A DNA stretch of 64,000 bases from the human T2T-CHM13v2.0 reference genome, Homo sapiens. The position numbers and the translations under genes are program-made. This document shows, in pieces, positions 62,548 through 64,000 of this stretch. Numbering within the stretch: the stretch's first letter is position 1; each line of letters starts with the position of its first letter. The stretch lies in NCBI RefSeq assembly GCF_009914755.1, contig NC_060946.1; one strand, 5' to 3'. The notes below the pieces were generated by a model. It was not told the DNA's origin, made no database searches, and saw only the letters and a program-made list of their open reading frames with translations.

Positions 62548-64000
62548 GAACTGTGTTTTGAGGGTACTGAGGGTGGATCAGCCCTCACTGTTAAGGATTT
62601 TGTTTTTTTACCTAGAAATAAAGTGACTTCTATGAAGCCCTCACTTCTATCAAGCAGGGTCTGAGAGCCCTAAGATGACGTGACCCATGGTTTCTCCAAT
62701 CCTTTCTCAGCAACCCTCGTCATGGTCATCATCATCCCCAGCAAGAGGTGGGGCTGAAGGACGAAAGAAGAGAACGGATAAGAAGATGCTTTGTAAACAG
62801 CAAGGCAGCCTCCAGGCACTCACCGCAGACTTTGTTTTAACTCAGAGAACCCGAGGCCTTCCCTGGCTGTACGCTCCCAGGGGCCATGTGGGGCTGAGTC
62901 CCATGCCAGGCCCAGCACCTGAACTCAGCCCACAGCAGAGTCAGGTGACATCTGAAGGACAAACACCACCAAAGTTCGGAGAAGCAGGCCCACCCCACAC
63001 CTCTGCTCAAAGCTTCTCTCTCCATGTGGGGGACCCCAAGGGCCAGCCACACAAGACATTTCTTAATTTTGTGGACACACCTGTCACCTGCCTTTGACTC
63101 AAATCATTGACTTCCCGGTAATGAATCAAAGCCTGGCACACAGAGGGCACTCAGGGTCATCTTTGGAAGGGCACTGGCTCCAGGGCCAGCCAGCTGTGTT
63201 CCAGCCCTGACCTTGGCCCCGTCCAGCTGTGTGTTGGGAGGGTTGCTGGAAGCCTCGGCTTCCTTCTCACAGGAGTGGACCCAACAAGAGCAAGAGCATG
63301 TGTTTCCTGGGGCTGTGGGGAAGATGAAACAGATGAATATCTGTACGTATGTGCTGCCACTAGACAGTGACAAACACAGAGGATTCAATATACTCGTTAA
63401 TATTAATATTCACCGAGGCCTCAACCCTCTGTCTTCCCTGCATCACTGTTTAACCATTATCTTCCCTAAACACAGACCCACCCAGAGACACATTCAACAG
63501 TGAGGCCACTCTTCCCAATGCAGCCTCGGCCCGAGGGAGGATGGGACTTCGCGTGGTGCACCCCGGCCCCCCTGCACTGACTCTCGCACCCCTGAACCTG
63601 GGGTCTCCCACTGAGCAGCTCAGGCCCGGCCATTTGGCAACCCTGGGGGCGCAGAGGAGGACCACTCCCAAACCTCCGATCTTCAGCAGCGAAACAACAG
63701 CCCCTGACTCGGCAGGAGAAGATTTTACTCACTGCGGCTCAGCATTTAAATGACCCGATTATGCTAATTCCAGCTGCAGTGATTAGTAACTACATTTTAA
63801 AGGGAGATGACTCCCAGGGTGAGGTCTTTGGGGAAAAGTTTTTGCCTGCGGCACAAGTTCCCATGTGACTTTAGACAACCAGTGGGTCTACTCTGTTCAT
63901 TCATTCATTCACTCATTCATTCACTTATTTTCTAGGAGGGATTTTAAAAGCCTCTTTTTTTCCATCCCCAGTCTCGGGCCCAAGTCTCCTGGCCACCTGA

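Overview
Human (or very closely related ape) genomic DNA lying entirely inside the PHF21B gene (PHD finger protein 21B, paralogue of PHF21A/BHC80; human 22q13.31), transcribed on the minus strand. Three coding exons are recognisable, all with canonical AG/GT borders and phase 0: 19566-19658 (93 nt), 15448-15798 (351 nt) and 12990-13256 (267 nt; internal acceptor gives 141 nt). The rest is intron. It contains a full-length processed RPL6 pseudogene, a complete THE1A MaLR provirus inserted into an AluJ, a near full-length Charlie3 hAT transposon with a readable dead transposase, about 20 Alus, old L1s, MLT1/MLT2 LTRs, MITEs and several local tandem duplications. I found no clearly new biological system. 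The best leads are a candidate 42-nt in-frame cassette or alternative first exon (32787-32828), a 502-codon intronic ORF built partly from minisatellites, a possible stop-free exon 3-5 circRNA, an intact DUX4 motif in the 5' THE1A LTR, and several AT-rich homeodomain/POU motif clusters that look like enhancers. Exon numbering, isoform sizes and repeat subfamily names come from memory, not from a database search.
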